Positions 37,197 to 50,368 of a DNA stretch of 64,000 nt are shown here, one piece after another (within the stretch, counting starts at the first letter, position 1; the number at the start of each line of letters is the position of its first letter). Under the pieces are notes generated by a model. The model worked only from the letters and a program-made list of their open reading frames with translations. It did not search any database and was not told where the DNA came from. Source of the DNA: Tubulanus polymorphus (Eukaryota > Animalia > Nemertea); the NCBI RefSeq assembly GCF_964204645.1, contig NC_134034.1, forward strand, positions 3,427,814 through 3,491,813. Reading direction: 5' to 3'. The translations under genes and the position numbers were made by a program.

Positions 37197-38017
37197 TAGT
37201 AGTAGTGTTGACAAGCTAAAATAAATCGTCAATCATAAATACATTGAAATGAAAATCTACATAAATCTGATAGGTGTTACTTGTTATTTGGTCCACCGTC
37301 TATTTGATCCTTGTGCATGATTAGTCGGTGGGACTCGAACCTGGATGGGATCGAGGACTGCCATGAAGCCTTTGTACGGGCTCGGGCGACCATCGTGATC
37401 CCCGACCGAGGTCCACGTTTCCTGGGAACCAATTAAGCATAGAGATCAATGGCTGCATTTGGCTGCCACTTCGTTGTAACCAGGAAGCAGTGCTTGATAA
37501 TCTCCAAACGAAGATGTGGGGAATGTTTAGATCGACTTATATTTACTAATGATTAGTGTTTTTTTTTAGATACGAGCAACTAATGCAAAGAAGCTTTATC
37601 AGGTAGATGAGCTCACGAAGCTACTAAGCATTTGTAGAAGAGTTTGTATCTTAACCTATGAAGTACTATCTATCTCAATACGATAGATAGGCCTACTACT
37701 GATGCAACACGGCTCCTCTCGCATCATGAAAACAAATTCATCACCAATATTTTTTTCACTTGGTACCATATGGTGTCTAAGACTATTCATATGTTGTTAG
37801 ACTGGCTACAGAACTAAAAGATGGTCTGTGTCACGTTTAAAGTCTAAGTTGACGTCCAAAGTCGAAGACTGGGAACTGTTCACACGGTACCACTCATCGT
37901 CTCTGCTGTGATCAAGTATTCCGACGTTACGTATTAAAGACCAAAAATATTCCATTTCCAAAAAGGCCATATCGTCAAGAAAAGGTCAAACAAATTTTTT
38001 TGGCTTTTGGAATCATC

Positions 38018-38225
38018 GAACGCTAAAGCCGCAGTTGATGATTCGACCGAAGAAGAAATCGCTCTTGATCTCGCTCGTCGCGGGTATTCTTATACGAAAT
38101 ACATGAATCCCGGCTACGAGGGAAGACCTATTGCAGTATAACTGATTAAGCATCATGAAATACGTTTGAGTCGATGAGATGAAATTTTGACGGATGATCA
38201 AAAAAGGAAACCCGTTTTTAATAAA
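38018..38225 (+). pseudogene. 5'-truncated paralog of the 24042 prepropeptide (propeptide + divergent mature peptide + 3'UTR)
   Basis: NAKAAVDDSTEEEIALDLARR GYSYTKYMNPGYEGRPIAV* (stop 38139-38141). The 3'UTR is homologous to 23945-24040. There is no ATG or signal peptide upstream (in-frame stop at 37935). Confidence 0.7.
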
Positions 38226-39214
38226 TTGCTTTATCGTTTATGGCTGCGTCAATTCATGTTTCTAAACTTTCTACTGGTGGTGCCCTCTGTGAACGTTAAG
38301 TAGACACCAGTGGCGACCTATAAAAATTCTATCTATCCCATTTAAAAATTCTACATATGAACGTGGAAATCTACAGAATGATCGAATAAACATTGGGTTT
38401 AAAACAACGAATCATCTACGATCATCTACGTGGAACCCGATCTCATCGATACAAACATTAAGACAACACTTTCAAACACTCTTAGTTTCACTTTGAATGA
38501 AGTCTAAGTCAAATTGGAGGAATAAACTGCAAATCTCAGGAAAGGCTGGTATAGTAAAACAAACTAAACGCTCATAAAATCTTAGTTTAGATTTGGGTTT
38601 CTCAGATGTTAGTAAAACCATTGGAGGATTGCCACAGGCTTATTTTACAATTCTAGCACTCTTCGAAAGAATCGAGAAAAGAATTACGTATTCTATTAAA
38701 ACTTAACATAGCATCAACGATTCATATCTTAACGTTTAGGCGGAGGAAGACAAATTCAATACATATTTACGCGCTGAAATATATATATAGGCCTTCACTT
38801 AATATATATTTCAAATCTAACGTTTCTTAAGTGATGGCTTTAATCTAAAACTGCACGCATCACCGAATGGCAAATTTCGTCTGGGTCGATGAAATTAGAT
38901 TAACATACCGAGTAAAATGCGTCTGCTCTAGTCCCGAACGCCTCCAGCATCGAAGGCAATTACGGTTGAAGAAAGGTTCATGGCGGGCAAGTTTAGAAAC
39001 TTTGACATCGCTGCTAATTCTGTGCAGCTTACGATGCTCGGCAACGATGAGTAATGATTAAACGTTTTCCTACGAATACATACATATTATGCAGCTCCAG
39101 AATAAAACTAGATAAATTCACGACCATGGAGCTAAAAGACAAACATAAATGGGACACGCATTTCTATAGGTATTGTCTTAATTGACGTTCGCTGTTTGTT
39201 ACGAGTTGTTCGAT

Positions 39215-42200
39215 ATGACACACCTAAAAAATCTGTTTGTTTTCATGGTGGCTACAAGCCACGTACGCGTCGCACACGCTGATCGCACGGGTTCAACGGA
39301 GGAATCGTCTGTGGCGGTCAGTTCGTCTTGTAACAACACTTGGTACCCCGTCGATTCTACGTCCGGCTACATCGTTTCGCCGAATTATCCGTCGTTAACG
39401 CGCGGTGTCGAATGTCGTTGGCTCGTCAACGGGTCGTTAACGGGAGTCTTTCACGTACGAGTCTACCACGACATCGAGCCGTTAATTTTCTGCGAGGATA
39501 ACTACCTTCTCGTCGGCGGATCTGGTCACAAATTCTGCGGCGAAGGAGAACACGAAATGCGCCGTAACGATTCGATCTCGTTTTTGTTTAGAAGTAACGT
39601 CGATGGTGCGCGAGGAAGTCGGGTTTATATCGTTTATCGTTATGGACGAAGCCGTTTAAATTTAAGTCACAACTGCAAAGAAATATATCATTTACGCATC
39701 AGCAAGTTACAAACATCGAAAGGGTATAAATTTTATATTAACCAATTACTCTGTCAACTCTATTTAGAATGGATTGGACTTACGGATAGTTTTGCAATGA
39801 ATCTGACATTTATAGCTGTTAGCTTTAAGTTAATCCGCATTTCAGAATCGGCTTCAGTTAAAATTTATGACGGCTGGAACACCAGCAGTGAACCTATCGG
39901 CAATATACCTGAACAAACTGGACTGTCATCAGTATCATTGTACACAAAAACCAACAAGGCAGTCATCAAAGGTTTGCCGTATCAGTCCCTATTTCGTACG
40001 GAATTACTAGTGCAAATTTACAAAATGTCCGATTGGAACATCTCTAAACCGTTGATACAGATTTCTGATAAGGATTCTGGAGTGCTCATTCCTGATGACA
40101 ACAGTTTACACGTAATAACTCGATCAAAACGATTACACTGCTGGTCTATCACGGTGCAGGTGTTACAGTACGTCGTCTTCAACTGGACACATGATTTCGT
40201 CACATCCGGTGACGTCATTGGTGTGTATAAACTAGAAGGGTTACGCGTTGTAGGAACTGATATTCTACTCGGTTACAACTACCTGGAACCGCTAAGTGTC
40301 AAATCCGACGGCTTTCTCGTCATACTGTGCGTTTTACTATCGGATCAACTGGCGACGTCTGAAATTGAAATATTCTATAAAATGGAATCGATTTCGATAG
40401 CGGATGTCAGGTTTTCAACGCGGCAAGTAAGTGCAAACAAGATAGTGATGAACTTTTCGACATAAAAAATGTATACATTTTCTAACGACTTTTGTTATTT
40501 TTCTCTATAGTTTCAGAGATCTTTCGACCCCTTTCTCCTATCCGAGACGATATACAATCTGACGATCACCTATGTCGTGACTACAATAAAGTTCAAGTCG
40601 AAAATCGATATTTTTGATGAAGGTTTACGCATGTTGATTTTATCGGAGAATTGCGAGCGAGCCGGATTTTACATACACGACGGAGGCACTTTGACGGCCA
40701 GACGCTACGGACCGTATTGTCCTAGTTCAAATAGATACGACCGCAACGTCGTCAGTTTGATTACATCAGGTGGCGCGGTTACTATAGTAGCGTACGCTTA
40801 CAAATGGGCTGGACAGTTGATGGATACTAGTAAATTTGAAGGATATCTCAGATTTCAACCGACGGATTGTACGGGGTACGTACTAAAGGAAGGAGAACGT
40901 CAGATTAATATGACGTCACACTGCGTCGTCATTTCACCTAACAACCGACGCCTGCCCTTAAAGTACATTTACATATTGTCAGAACACGAATACCAAATCG
41001 ACCGATGTTTTCCCGAGAAGCAGTGGAGAGCTCCATGCAGCAGGTTCATAGCAGCTTTAACTCGTCAGTTTCTCAATAACAGTCTCGTATTGAACACTGT
41101 GACTTTACGCATGGACAACAAGTTCTGGCAATATCCTCTTATAGTTAAACTACGTCGTAAATGCCAACGTTTGAAGAGGGCTTTGGATAATCGTCAAGGA
41201 TTGATGTTACGGGATAAAGATAAATGTGGAATTATACAGTCACCGAACTACCCGGGATCTGCGGACCGACTTACCCAATCGTATATCTATCAATTTCGGA
41301 ACAGAGCATGGGGACACGTAATTGACAAACACAAATATTACAGATTCGTCATCAAATACATCGAAAAGACACCGTGCTTAAAGACATCTCCACGAGACAA
41401 GGATCCGATCATTTTTACTCAATCTATGCATAGTTTACACGAAAATTGGCAGCTTGACCAGAAGATATGTAGAATTAATTATCCATTACTCGGGAGCGTA
41501 TTTCACAGTTTGCACAAAAGTGGTTTCTCCATCGTAGCAAAAGACCACCCTCCGACATTCCAGATACAATATACCTCAGAAGAAGAATTAGCAATCGAAG
41601 GGAATCACTGTAAATCGGGATTATATGACCCCGGTTATGCATCTTGCGTGAAATACATCAAACACGAACGTCTGAATTGGGAGAATGCTGAATTGTACTG
41701 TAGACAGAAATACGGGGGACATCTACTGAGCATCAACACGGAACAGGAGATGATCGCTATCAAAAGATTATTCGCTACAAAACTTCTACGACTGGCGTAT
41801 ACTCAAAAAACGCTAACGATGATGATTGGATTAAAACTGCAGGTAAATTTGATTTTCGAAGCTGCTACAGTTTGAAGTTAAAGTAAATTTGTAATCCACG
41901 ATTTTCTATTCGACGAATATAGAAAGCCTTTTCAATTATAAACAATCTACCATATACCGATAGTATTGCTGATTTTCATCGCCGTTATAAGGGATGCTAC
42001 CATTAACTTCCACGGTGGTTGCGTACCTTATTGTTCGTTTCTTTTTTGCACAGCCAAATACCGATGGTAACTACACGTGGACTGATGGAAAACCATTGAG
42101 CTACACAGAGTGGTACAAACCTACGAATAACGAAACCATACCAGAAGTTATTCAGGGATTGATATCTCCTCTACGAAAACAACCGATCAATGACGTCAAT

Positions 42201-45200
42201 ATGCCGTGTACGGCGATGATACTTAACAATCCACGAGGATCGGCGAACTGGGTTCGATTCCCGTGTTTAATCGAAGAGGTGCACACCACTTTTATTTGTG
42301 AGTCGGATCGCTTTGATAATAGGCAGGACGACAATTCAACTAAAACCAAAAATGAAAGAAAAAACCATAAAATGCTAGATGCCATTACGTTCAACTCAAT
42401 CTGTACTCGAGGTTGGTTAGGTATAGCCGGACGATGTTATCAAATACTGACGGACTGGAATCGATTTCGTGGATTAGACGTAAAGACAGCGACACGGATG
42501 TGTCGCGCTATCAATGGTGAAATAGCTGTGAACCGATCTCTCAAGAAAATTGAAATAGAGGATTTGATAACTACGTTCAACTATCAACACCAATATGGCG
42601 CAGTGTTAGTAAAGGATGGAACGAACAGATCTAGAGCGATACAACCTTCGTTAACCAGGGATGAAATCACATATATTCATACATTAATTTGGTCCGTTTC
42701 AACCCTTGACAACACAACAGAAATAGGGGTTGTGCATTCTGTGTTGTGTTCCACCAATGTAACTGGCGAAGAGTTATCTTCTATAAGCGATTGCAAAATC
42801 TGGCAGTTTCGATGTAACGACGAAAGATGTATCAGCGACCATCGCGTATGTGATACCAGAAACGACTGTCAACACGGTGAAGATGAACTAAATTGTACCG
42901 ATATTAATTTGCACAGTCAGTTCCGTTGTAGAAATGAGCTGGTAATATCAATGAGTAGTTTATGTGACTTCATACCGGATTGTCCTGATGGTTCTGATGA
43001 AAACTCGTGTGTTCATCCCCCGTGTCTGCCTGAACAACATCGCTGTATCAGTGGCCAATGTGTCGCTAGGTCTAACAGATGTGACGGAGTTGGAAATTGT
43101 TATGACGGCTCAGATGAGATAGGTTGCACTGTCCAACTGTGTCACGGGTTCCTCTGTAACAGTGGAGACTGTATCAGTTCTCAATTGTATCAGGACGGTG
43201 TCGTGGATTGCAGTGGAAGCCTTGAAGAAGACGAAGTGGTAACATCAGCTAATGTTACAGTGAATCCTAAAGTTCAGTGCAATAATGAGAACCAATGTAC
43301 AACTAATTTCACAAACCTCTGTGCGGAATCTGATGAACAAAGATGTTCTTTCAATTCCCCGCATTGCTATTCTAGACGTCACAGATGTGTTTTGGAAAGA
43401 ATGTCATTTGGCTACCCAGTTTGTAGAAATCTTGAGCACGTATCGAAATGCGAAGATTTTGAATGTCCAGCAGGTACTGTTAAATGTCCAGCATCGTACT
43501 GTATACCAATCAGACAGGTGTGCGATGGTCAATCGGATTGTCCCCATTCAGAAGATGAGCAAAACTGCGAGACATTTTCATGTCCTGGAATGTTTAAATG
43601 TGGACACGAAAATCGATGTATTCCACAAACTGAAGTGTGTGATAGTGTTATGCATTGTAAAAACACTACCGACGACGAGGCTTTCTGTAACGTCACGTGT
43701 CCAAGTCATTGTACATGTCAAGGTCATTCTGTGGACTGTAGGAATGTTGGTCTCACCGATATTACTGACCTCATCACAGCATCAACTCGAATTCTAATCT
43801 TGTCGAATAACCGAATTCTTTTCAACGTGTCGACGTTTTCTTCCTTCGTTTATCTTCGTACGCTCAACATCTCCTTCAATGGATTGTCGTATGTTTTGCC
43901 GAAGTCGTTTTCAAACCTGCATAATCTAAACACCTTAGACCTCACATATAATATCATAACAGCGTTATCGACAGATGCATTTATTGGCTTGTATAGTTTG
44001 AAGGAACTATTCATAACTGGGAATCCGATACGATACCTAGAAGAAGGAAGCTTTCATGGTTTAATTTCGTTAACAATTTTCGATCTTCACGGACTGCAAA
44101 TTTCGGTACTCGGCGCAAATGTATTCAAAGGCCTGTCCTCAGTGATTTCATTGGATATCAACAGCAACAGAATCTACTACATATCGAAGTATGCTTTCTC
44201 TGGTTTAAGCGAACTTTCGTATCTTGATTTAGCCAATAATTCAAATTATATTTCCACAGAAAGTCACATTTTCGATAACTTGACATCATTAGTCTCTTTG
44301 AAGTCTGATTTCTACAAATTTTGCTGCATGGCTCCGAATGTCGACCAGTGCTTTCCCGAAGCAGATCAATTTTCCACCTGCGCTGAGCTCATAGGTAACA
44401 CAGTCCTCAGAGCGATCATTTGGGTAATAGCTGCATTCAGCTTCTTCGCGAACAGTATTGTCATTCTATTTCGCATTCAAGTTTCATCATCTGAAACACG
44501 AAACAGATCGTCTGACATCCTCATCATCAACCTGGCTGCTTGTGATTTCATGATGTCAATCTATCTGTTCTTGATCGCAGGTGCCGATTACGTTTATAAG
44601 GGAGTTTATTTCCTTAATTCTGAAATTTGGACTGACAGTTTGCTGTGTCGTCTTGCCGGAATTTGCGTTACAATCTCTTGCGAAGGCTCTTTGGCTTTCC
44701 TGCTCGTCATAACACGTCATCGATACTCAAACATCGTCAATCCATTCTCTGAAAGTATGTTCACATCTCCAAAACACGTCACTAAGATTTGCTGTATTTG
44801 CTGGCTCATGCTGAGTATAATCTCTTTGCTACCGCTGTCACAATCGCCGTACTTCGGTACGAAGTTCTATGGCACTACCGGAGTCTGTTTACCTATGAAC
44901 TTGCTGACTATTGACGTCAAAGCCTGGCACTATTCATTGGCCATTTTTGCCGTATCCACCTCGGTCATACTAGCTACGATAATAACGACGTATGCACAGA
45001 TGTACAGACTCGTATCTGGAAGCAGGTCCGGCTCGGGTAGAATTGACCCTACCGAATTAGTTTTGGCACGCAGGAGTTTGGTGATTAATTCGTGTAATCT
45101 ATTTTGTTGGCTGCCGATAATTACCGTTCAGTTTTGCGCGGTATTACGGGTAGAAATACCGAATCAGGTGGCGGCTTGGCTGGCGGTTCTTTTCTTGCCG

Positions 45201-45290
45201 ATCAACTCGTCCCTCAATCCCATTCTTTACACCATACTGACTATCGATTTAAAATCCATACAAGCAAAATACAAACGTCGTCAACGCTGA
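39215..45290 (+). CDS. GRL101-like LDLa-LRR GPCR with N-terminal CUB-like and C-type lectin domains, paralog A; 3 exons, ~1926 aa
   Basis: join(39215..40426,40511..41842,42054..45290), all phase 0. Signal peptide; CUB 'SGYIVSPNYP..CRWLV..KFCG' and further CUB-like repeats; CTLD 'NWENAELYCRQKYGGHLLSI..WTDGKPLSYTEW'; ~7 LDLa; LRRs; hinge 'DQFSTCAELI'; 7TM ending 'NSSLNPILY'. Confidence 0.9.
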
Positions 45291-45887
45291 ACGAACTCAC
45301 AGAAGCTCCATGCACATTCACATAGACGTCACCAAATGGGATCAAATGTCGGATCAAGTATAGTATAATATCCACACTGATCAGTGGTTTCTCGTTCCGC
45401 GGTTATGTAGTGATTGGGGATAAAAAACGAAAACCCGGAACAAGTAGCCACATACGCTGGTTTTTTTTTTAAATATCTTAACCCATCCTGTATTTCATTG
45501 GCCCATTCCCTCCACTGTACAAGGCACACCTGTCACACTCGACTCCCCATCTTCCGCAAACTAAGAAGTGACCGCGTCACTAGTGTCACATGATCAGTGT
45601 GGATAGTATAATATCTACACTGATCAGTGGTTTCTCGTTCCGCGGTTATGTAGTGATTGGGGATAAAAAACGATCCAAACCCCTTACTGATAACCACAAC
45701 AAATACTAAAAACCTTTCCACAACTACACCCAAACCCCAACTATACTAGCTTGTCCCAGAAATCAGAAGACAGAATATGCATCCGAAGTCGATTTATTTA
45801 GACCCGCCTTAGAAATCGGGTATATTAATATACAAAATTCGTATTAGCGTCTAGTTTCTTATCGATATAAATTGGCGTACGTAGAAC

Positions 45888-47218
45888 CTACACGGATGAA
45901 AACATTGGTTTAAACCCGCTTGTAGCATTATTCAGGCGATATGATTCTACACTTTTATCAGTTAACTGTCCCATAGCTTGACCGAGAGAGTCAGAGACTT
46001 TACCCTGCATCACACAAGCATGTTTGGTGTAATGCTTTGCCATGGACTGAAGCTTCCAACCAATATAAGAAGTCACCTCTTTAGATGTATGGCCCAAAGA
46101 AGCCAACATAACGGAGCATCCAACCCTGAAACTATGCGGGGTCTCACCGTCATACATACAAATTTCTTTTAGGTAAGTTTTCAAACGGCTTCCCACCGCA
46201 TTCGAGTCGAGTCCTTTATTAACGATAGCGCCCTCTTTATTCGTTATCCGGAATAAGTAACCCCCTCCAAGGTCAACTCCAAGCGCCTTTACAACAGCAA
46301 AATACCTTTCAATCGCCAAAACCGGGCACAGAACCGGGTTGTTAAAACGAGTAACTACGGATGTCAAAACCGAACCCTCCCGCAGTGTTTTCCCGAACGT
46401 TAGATTTAAAATGATTACCCTTCCATCGTCACTCTGAGAGATCCCATCTGTCAAAAACCGACCTAAGTCTGCCGCCCTATGTCCTGTTAGAAAATCAAGT
46501 TTGAAGAAAGCCTGGTCCCTTGCTAAAATATACTCCGTTACCGCGGGTAAATCTGGGACAGCCAAGCGTTTATCAATACAGAGAATCATTTTCCGTCAAT
46601 TTGCTAAGGTACATTGGGACGGCTTGTTTAGGGGTGATCCGATTGCTCCTTCTCAGTCACTCTCAGGTATTGTTTTACCTCTTCTGAAATGGTAGGATTC
46701 CCAGTTCCGCGCTCGGGATGCCAACAGCCAATTTTACCAATCGAGTTAAATATTGCCCTTATCTGACCCAGATAGGAATCGACCGTTCCGGCTGCTAGTC
46801 TTTTGGGGCATAAACAACCACCGGTCCTTGGTGAGGCCTTCGAGACTGCTTTCCAACCTCGTACCGGACAGGTTAAAGAGTGTACTACTGTTTTACCCCG
46901 AGCATCCCTGAATACCATGAACCTACAGATATCCCTAGGTGATGCCGTCAACAAGGATCTCGATGGGCGCAGTGACCTGAGGAACAAGACCAAATCTTCT
47001 TCCAGTTTTGACTTCTTTCGGCCATAAACAGAGTTGCGCTCACTCTCTGACATAGATTTTAACCGGGCATCCAAATCTTTTAATGGTAAGGCTAGCAATG
47101 TACCGTTCTCGCCATCCGCATTGCTTAACTCTGAACCACAATTGTAGCAGAAATTTGAGTGCTGTCGCGAGCGATGTCCACAGTCCGCACAATGGTTCTC
47201 GTGATGCAGAGACAGATC
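45888..47218 (-). pseudogene. Retrotransposon tyrosine recombinase: Zn ribbon + ALOG domain + catalytic domain, with two frameshifts at ~46595 and ~46640
   Basis: Zn ribbon CADC..FCYNCG. ALOG 'RDARGKTVVH..C..CLCPKRLAAGTVDSYLGQIRAIF..GNP..VKQYLR'. Catalytic residues GHRAADL, FGKT, HSFR, YIGW, KHY. The linker ITPKQAVPMYLSKL lies in a third frame. Confidence 0.88.
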
Positions 47219-47405
47219 CTGTAGAATATGACAGATCTTAAAAGAACCATAATAAACGAGGTATATCAGAAAAGACAAAGCGTTTATTAACGTAAAAGCA
47301 GAGTTATGCATCCGGATTTTACCGTGCATAGATCAGAGTAGAAAATAAAGACCACCGTTACGCAACACCATGTTATCGCTCAGGAAAACATGTCAATTTA
47401 ATCTT

Positions 47406-49586
47406 TCAATCTAATCTATCAAAATCTATCCTATAAACAAACAGATCCCACGGGATGCCTACTGTATCCTCCACAAAACCTTTTTTAGTCGGATATTTCA
47501 AAACACCCACATCTCCCTTTTTGCCAAGCAGGCGACGTTTGGATGCATGAGAGGTTACCAAAGGCCACCAGAATGGCCTCGGAAAGATTTCTGGAATGAC
47601 GATAGATGCTTCTTTGACTGCGTCTGCCAAGAATCGTAAAACCGCCGGTATCTTAGAAATTGGCGGAAACACATATGGATTAACCTCGTCGCATAGATTT
47701 TGTGCGAACAGATCTACACCACTAGAATCAGTAGATGGCGTTGGCGTAAAATGTCGTAGTGGAGAGCCTGACAAATCTACCATTACGTTCGAATCAAGGG
47801 CCATCAAATCAACCGAGTGTCCGTTTTCACCCCCATATTCACGTTGCACGAGCTGCCATATACGCGGAGATAACATACATTCCGATTTTCGCAAAATTCG
47901 CGAGGGAGCGTCTGCTAGATTCTCTTTTGACGGTACATAATGCAATTTCAACAACACATTTTGTTCTGCTGTTAGTTCAAACAAAAGCTTAATTGCTTCT
48001 GACAGATCATGTGATTTGGAACCTTCACCAACCCATGCCGCAATCATAGTTTTATTATCTACAAAAGCGTCTACTCTAATGTCTCTAATTTTATCAGAAA
48101 CCACCATTAAAACGTTTTTAAGTGCCAGGGTTTCCTTTATTACAATGGGTTTTTGTACCAGCTCCTGTGGCCAATAATCGGAGGGCTCAAACCTCTGCTC
48201 ACCAATCGTGACTATCCCACCCCATCTATAAGAGGATGCGTCCGTATACATCTGAATTCTGACATGCCACTCTTGGCGCCACCTTACCACCCTTGGCAAA
48301 CATTCAATTATCTTCCAGTACTCTATCTCAGTTCTGAGATTGCCCTCAACCCTAATGAGTCTCGAGTTTCTGAATGCCTTAGAAATAGCTAAGTTTGACT
48401 CCCTTGTATAAAGCTTCGCAGCTGGTACAACCAACGAGAAGGATATGATCTTACCCACAAACCGCTGAATCGTTTTAATGTTAACGAATTCGGACGATAA
48501 AATATTGTCCCTTAAAATGGCAAATTTCACCACCTTATCATTTGGGATCTCAAAACGTTCCTCTATAGTGTTAACAAATAAGCCTAAATGCTTTAATAAC
48601 TGACACGGTTCCAGGACGCATTTATGGAGGCCTAGAAAATACCCTAGTCTTGTTAAAACTTGGGCCGTCATATATAGAGCTAACCTAGCCTTTGTGATGG
48701 ATTCTAAACCCCTAGCCGAGGAACTTAAAAGCTCCCCATTTAAACGGTCATCAATGTATTGAGTTATCTGTACTCCTAGGTCTCGAAGGTAACCCGTTGC
48801 AACCAAGCCAGTTTTCTGGTATATATAGACCGAGGCCTTAAAACCAAAAGGAATAACGGTGTAAACGTAATACCAACCTTTCCAGCTGATTCCCAAATAC
48901 ACCTCACTTCCCGGTGTTACCCTGATGTGGTCGTAACCACTTTTATCATCGACAGAGGTCATAAACGCGCTTTTATGTAGCATGCGAGGTACGTTTACCA
49001 AAGTTTCCAAATGGAAAGGCGAGTCCCGAATCCATAGATTTAGAAATCGTTCGTCGTGGCACATTCTGGGTTTCGTGGGTTCAACCGTCAAGGGCATAAC
49101 TAAATGCGGGGGTGAATCGACCCCAACCTTTCCCCAGACCTTGAGTGATCCATTAGCCACCCGACCTTTTAATGTTGTAGAAATGAAATCTTCAAATTGT
49201 TCGCAGTTTCCAGCATTCGGGAACACCGTTTTTGGGGGCGCATTACAATCATACGTCTTGCCTTTTAACTGACCCTTAAACCTCTTAAAGAAATCTGGGA
49301 TATGAACACCATCTCGCACCCAAGATAATATCGTGTCTGACAACGGATCCTCTGACTGCCGTAGAATAAATTCCCATTCCTCCAGATGGCGACTCAGTTC
49401 ACCTGCGACGAAATTCTCCGGGTCCCTGTGGGGCAGGTCAAAAATTGTCAAATTGTTATACTTGTCCGCCGATTTCGAAACGGTCTCGGCTGAGACGACC
49501 TCAGGCAATGGTAACTGGACGGATGAACCTCTAGCACCAACCCAAAACACGTCTTTACACACAGGTATCTTCAACGGAACAAAATC
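47406..49586 (-). CDS. Retrotransposon pol: reverse transcriptase - RNase H - DNA adenine methyltransferase-like domain
   Basis: RT motifs DDKSGYDH, IPFGF, QYIDDRL; RNase H TDASSYRWGG, KET, FVDN, NLADAPSR; MT-like 'SVDLMALDSN..VDLFAQ..PYVFPP'. The ORF starts at a splice acceptor (49586) and has no ATG until inside RT. Confidence 0.92.
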   Translation of the reverse strand, partial: DFVPLKIPVCKDVFWVGARGSSVQLPLPEVVSAETVSKSADKYNNLTIFDLPHRDPENFVAGELSRHLEEWEFILRQSEDPLSDTILSWVRDGVHIPDFFKRFKGQLKGKTYDCNAPPKTVFPNAGNCEQFEDFISTTLKGRVANGSLKVWGKVGVDSPPHLVMPLTVEPTKPRMCHDERFLNLWIRDSPFHLETLVNVPRMLHKSAFMTSVDDKSGYDHIRVTPGSEVYLGISWKGWYYVYTVIPFGFKASVYIYQKTGLVATGYLRDLGVQITQYIDDRLNGELLSSSARGLESITKARLALYMTAQVLTRLGYFLGLHKCVLEPCQLLKHLGLFVNTIEERFEIPNDKVVKFAILRDNILSSEFVNIKTIQRFVGKIISFSLVVPAAKLYTRESNLAISKAFRNSRLIRVEGNLRTEIEYWKIIECLPRVVRWRQEWHVRIQMYTDASSYRWGGIVTIGEQRFEPSDYWPQELVQKPIVIKETLALKNVLMVVSDKIRDIRVDAFVDNKTMIAAWVGEGSKSHDLSEAIKLLFELTAEQNVLLKLHYVPSKENLADAPSRILRKSECMLSPRIWQLVQREYGGENGHSVDLMALDSNVMVDLSGSPLRHFTPTPSTDSSGVDLFAQNLCDEVNPYVFPPISKIPAVLRFLADAVKEASIVIPEIFPRPFWWPLVTSHASKRRLLGKKGDVGVLKYPTKKGFVEDTVGIPWDLFVYRIDFDRLD

Positions 49587-49825
49587 CTGAAAAGACACTA
49601 AGGTCCATCAGTCCAGCCCTGTTGCCAGCACGACATAAGCCGTGACAACAGACTTAGATAGCCTGTGACAACAAAGCCAACCGATCACAAACAACCGATA
49701 ACAAAATGAATTATCCAACATATGATCAATTTAATGGAGAGAAAATAACCTTGTTTAACATCTTTAACAACACAATATAACATTACGTATCATCCAAAAC
49801 TAAATTCAATCAGGTTCTAACTCAT

Positions 49826-50368
49826 TTAGACAACCTCACTTTCAGTCTTCGTTACCACTTGTGGTTGCTTATTCTCAGGACAGTCGCGAACAAAATGACT
49901 CTCTTTGCGGCATAAGAAACAATTCCCCCTGGAACTTCTCCCTGCTCTCCTTGTACCGTAACCTCGGCGCCCAACACATCCCCTGCCTACACCCGACCCA
50001 CCCCAATAGCCGTAAGTTGGGTAATAATTGTTTGTGTGCGGCTTTTTAACCCATTTTGCCTCCACTGATGCCACTTTTTCATCATCCGGGGAGCCAATCA
50101 AACGCCTACACAAAGCAGGTAAGTCTGGAGAATCGATATTTCTCTTGATACTTTTCAGCACAGAATCAAAATACCCTTTTTTCGGATCTGTGGTTTCAGC
50201 TGCCACCTCTACCAAGCCTTCCATACAACAATAGAAGGAAGTATGGATCAAAGAAAGAGCCCGGCCTTTGAAGCGCTGCCCTCACCTGCATCAGAGCGCT
50301 CTCTACTGAACGAGCTGGATGTGTAACCTTCTTCTCGAGTTCCTCCAAACGCTTTAACAATTTTTGTC
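49826..50368 (-). CDS. Retrotransposon gag, main exon (zinc knuckle), with probable small indels
   Basis: Coiled-coil 'LLKRLEELEKK', 'FDPYFLL/MEGLVEVAAET' across a frameshift, an RG-rich stretch and CCHC 'CFLCRKESHFVRDC'. Confidence 0.75.

Noticed and set aside
45888-49598. Prophage integrase or bacterial retron/contamination
   Set aside because: The YR, RT and MT-like domains sit within split direct repeats with a CCHC gag. This is a eukaryotic DIRS-order retrotransposon.
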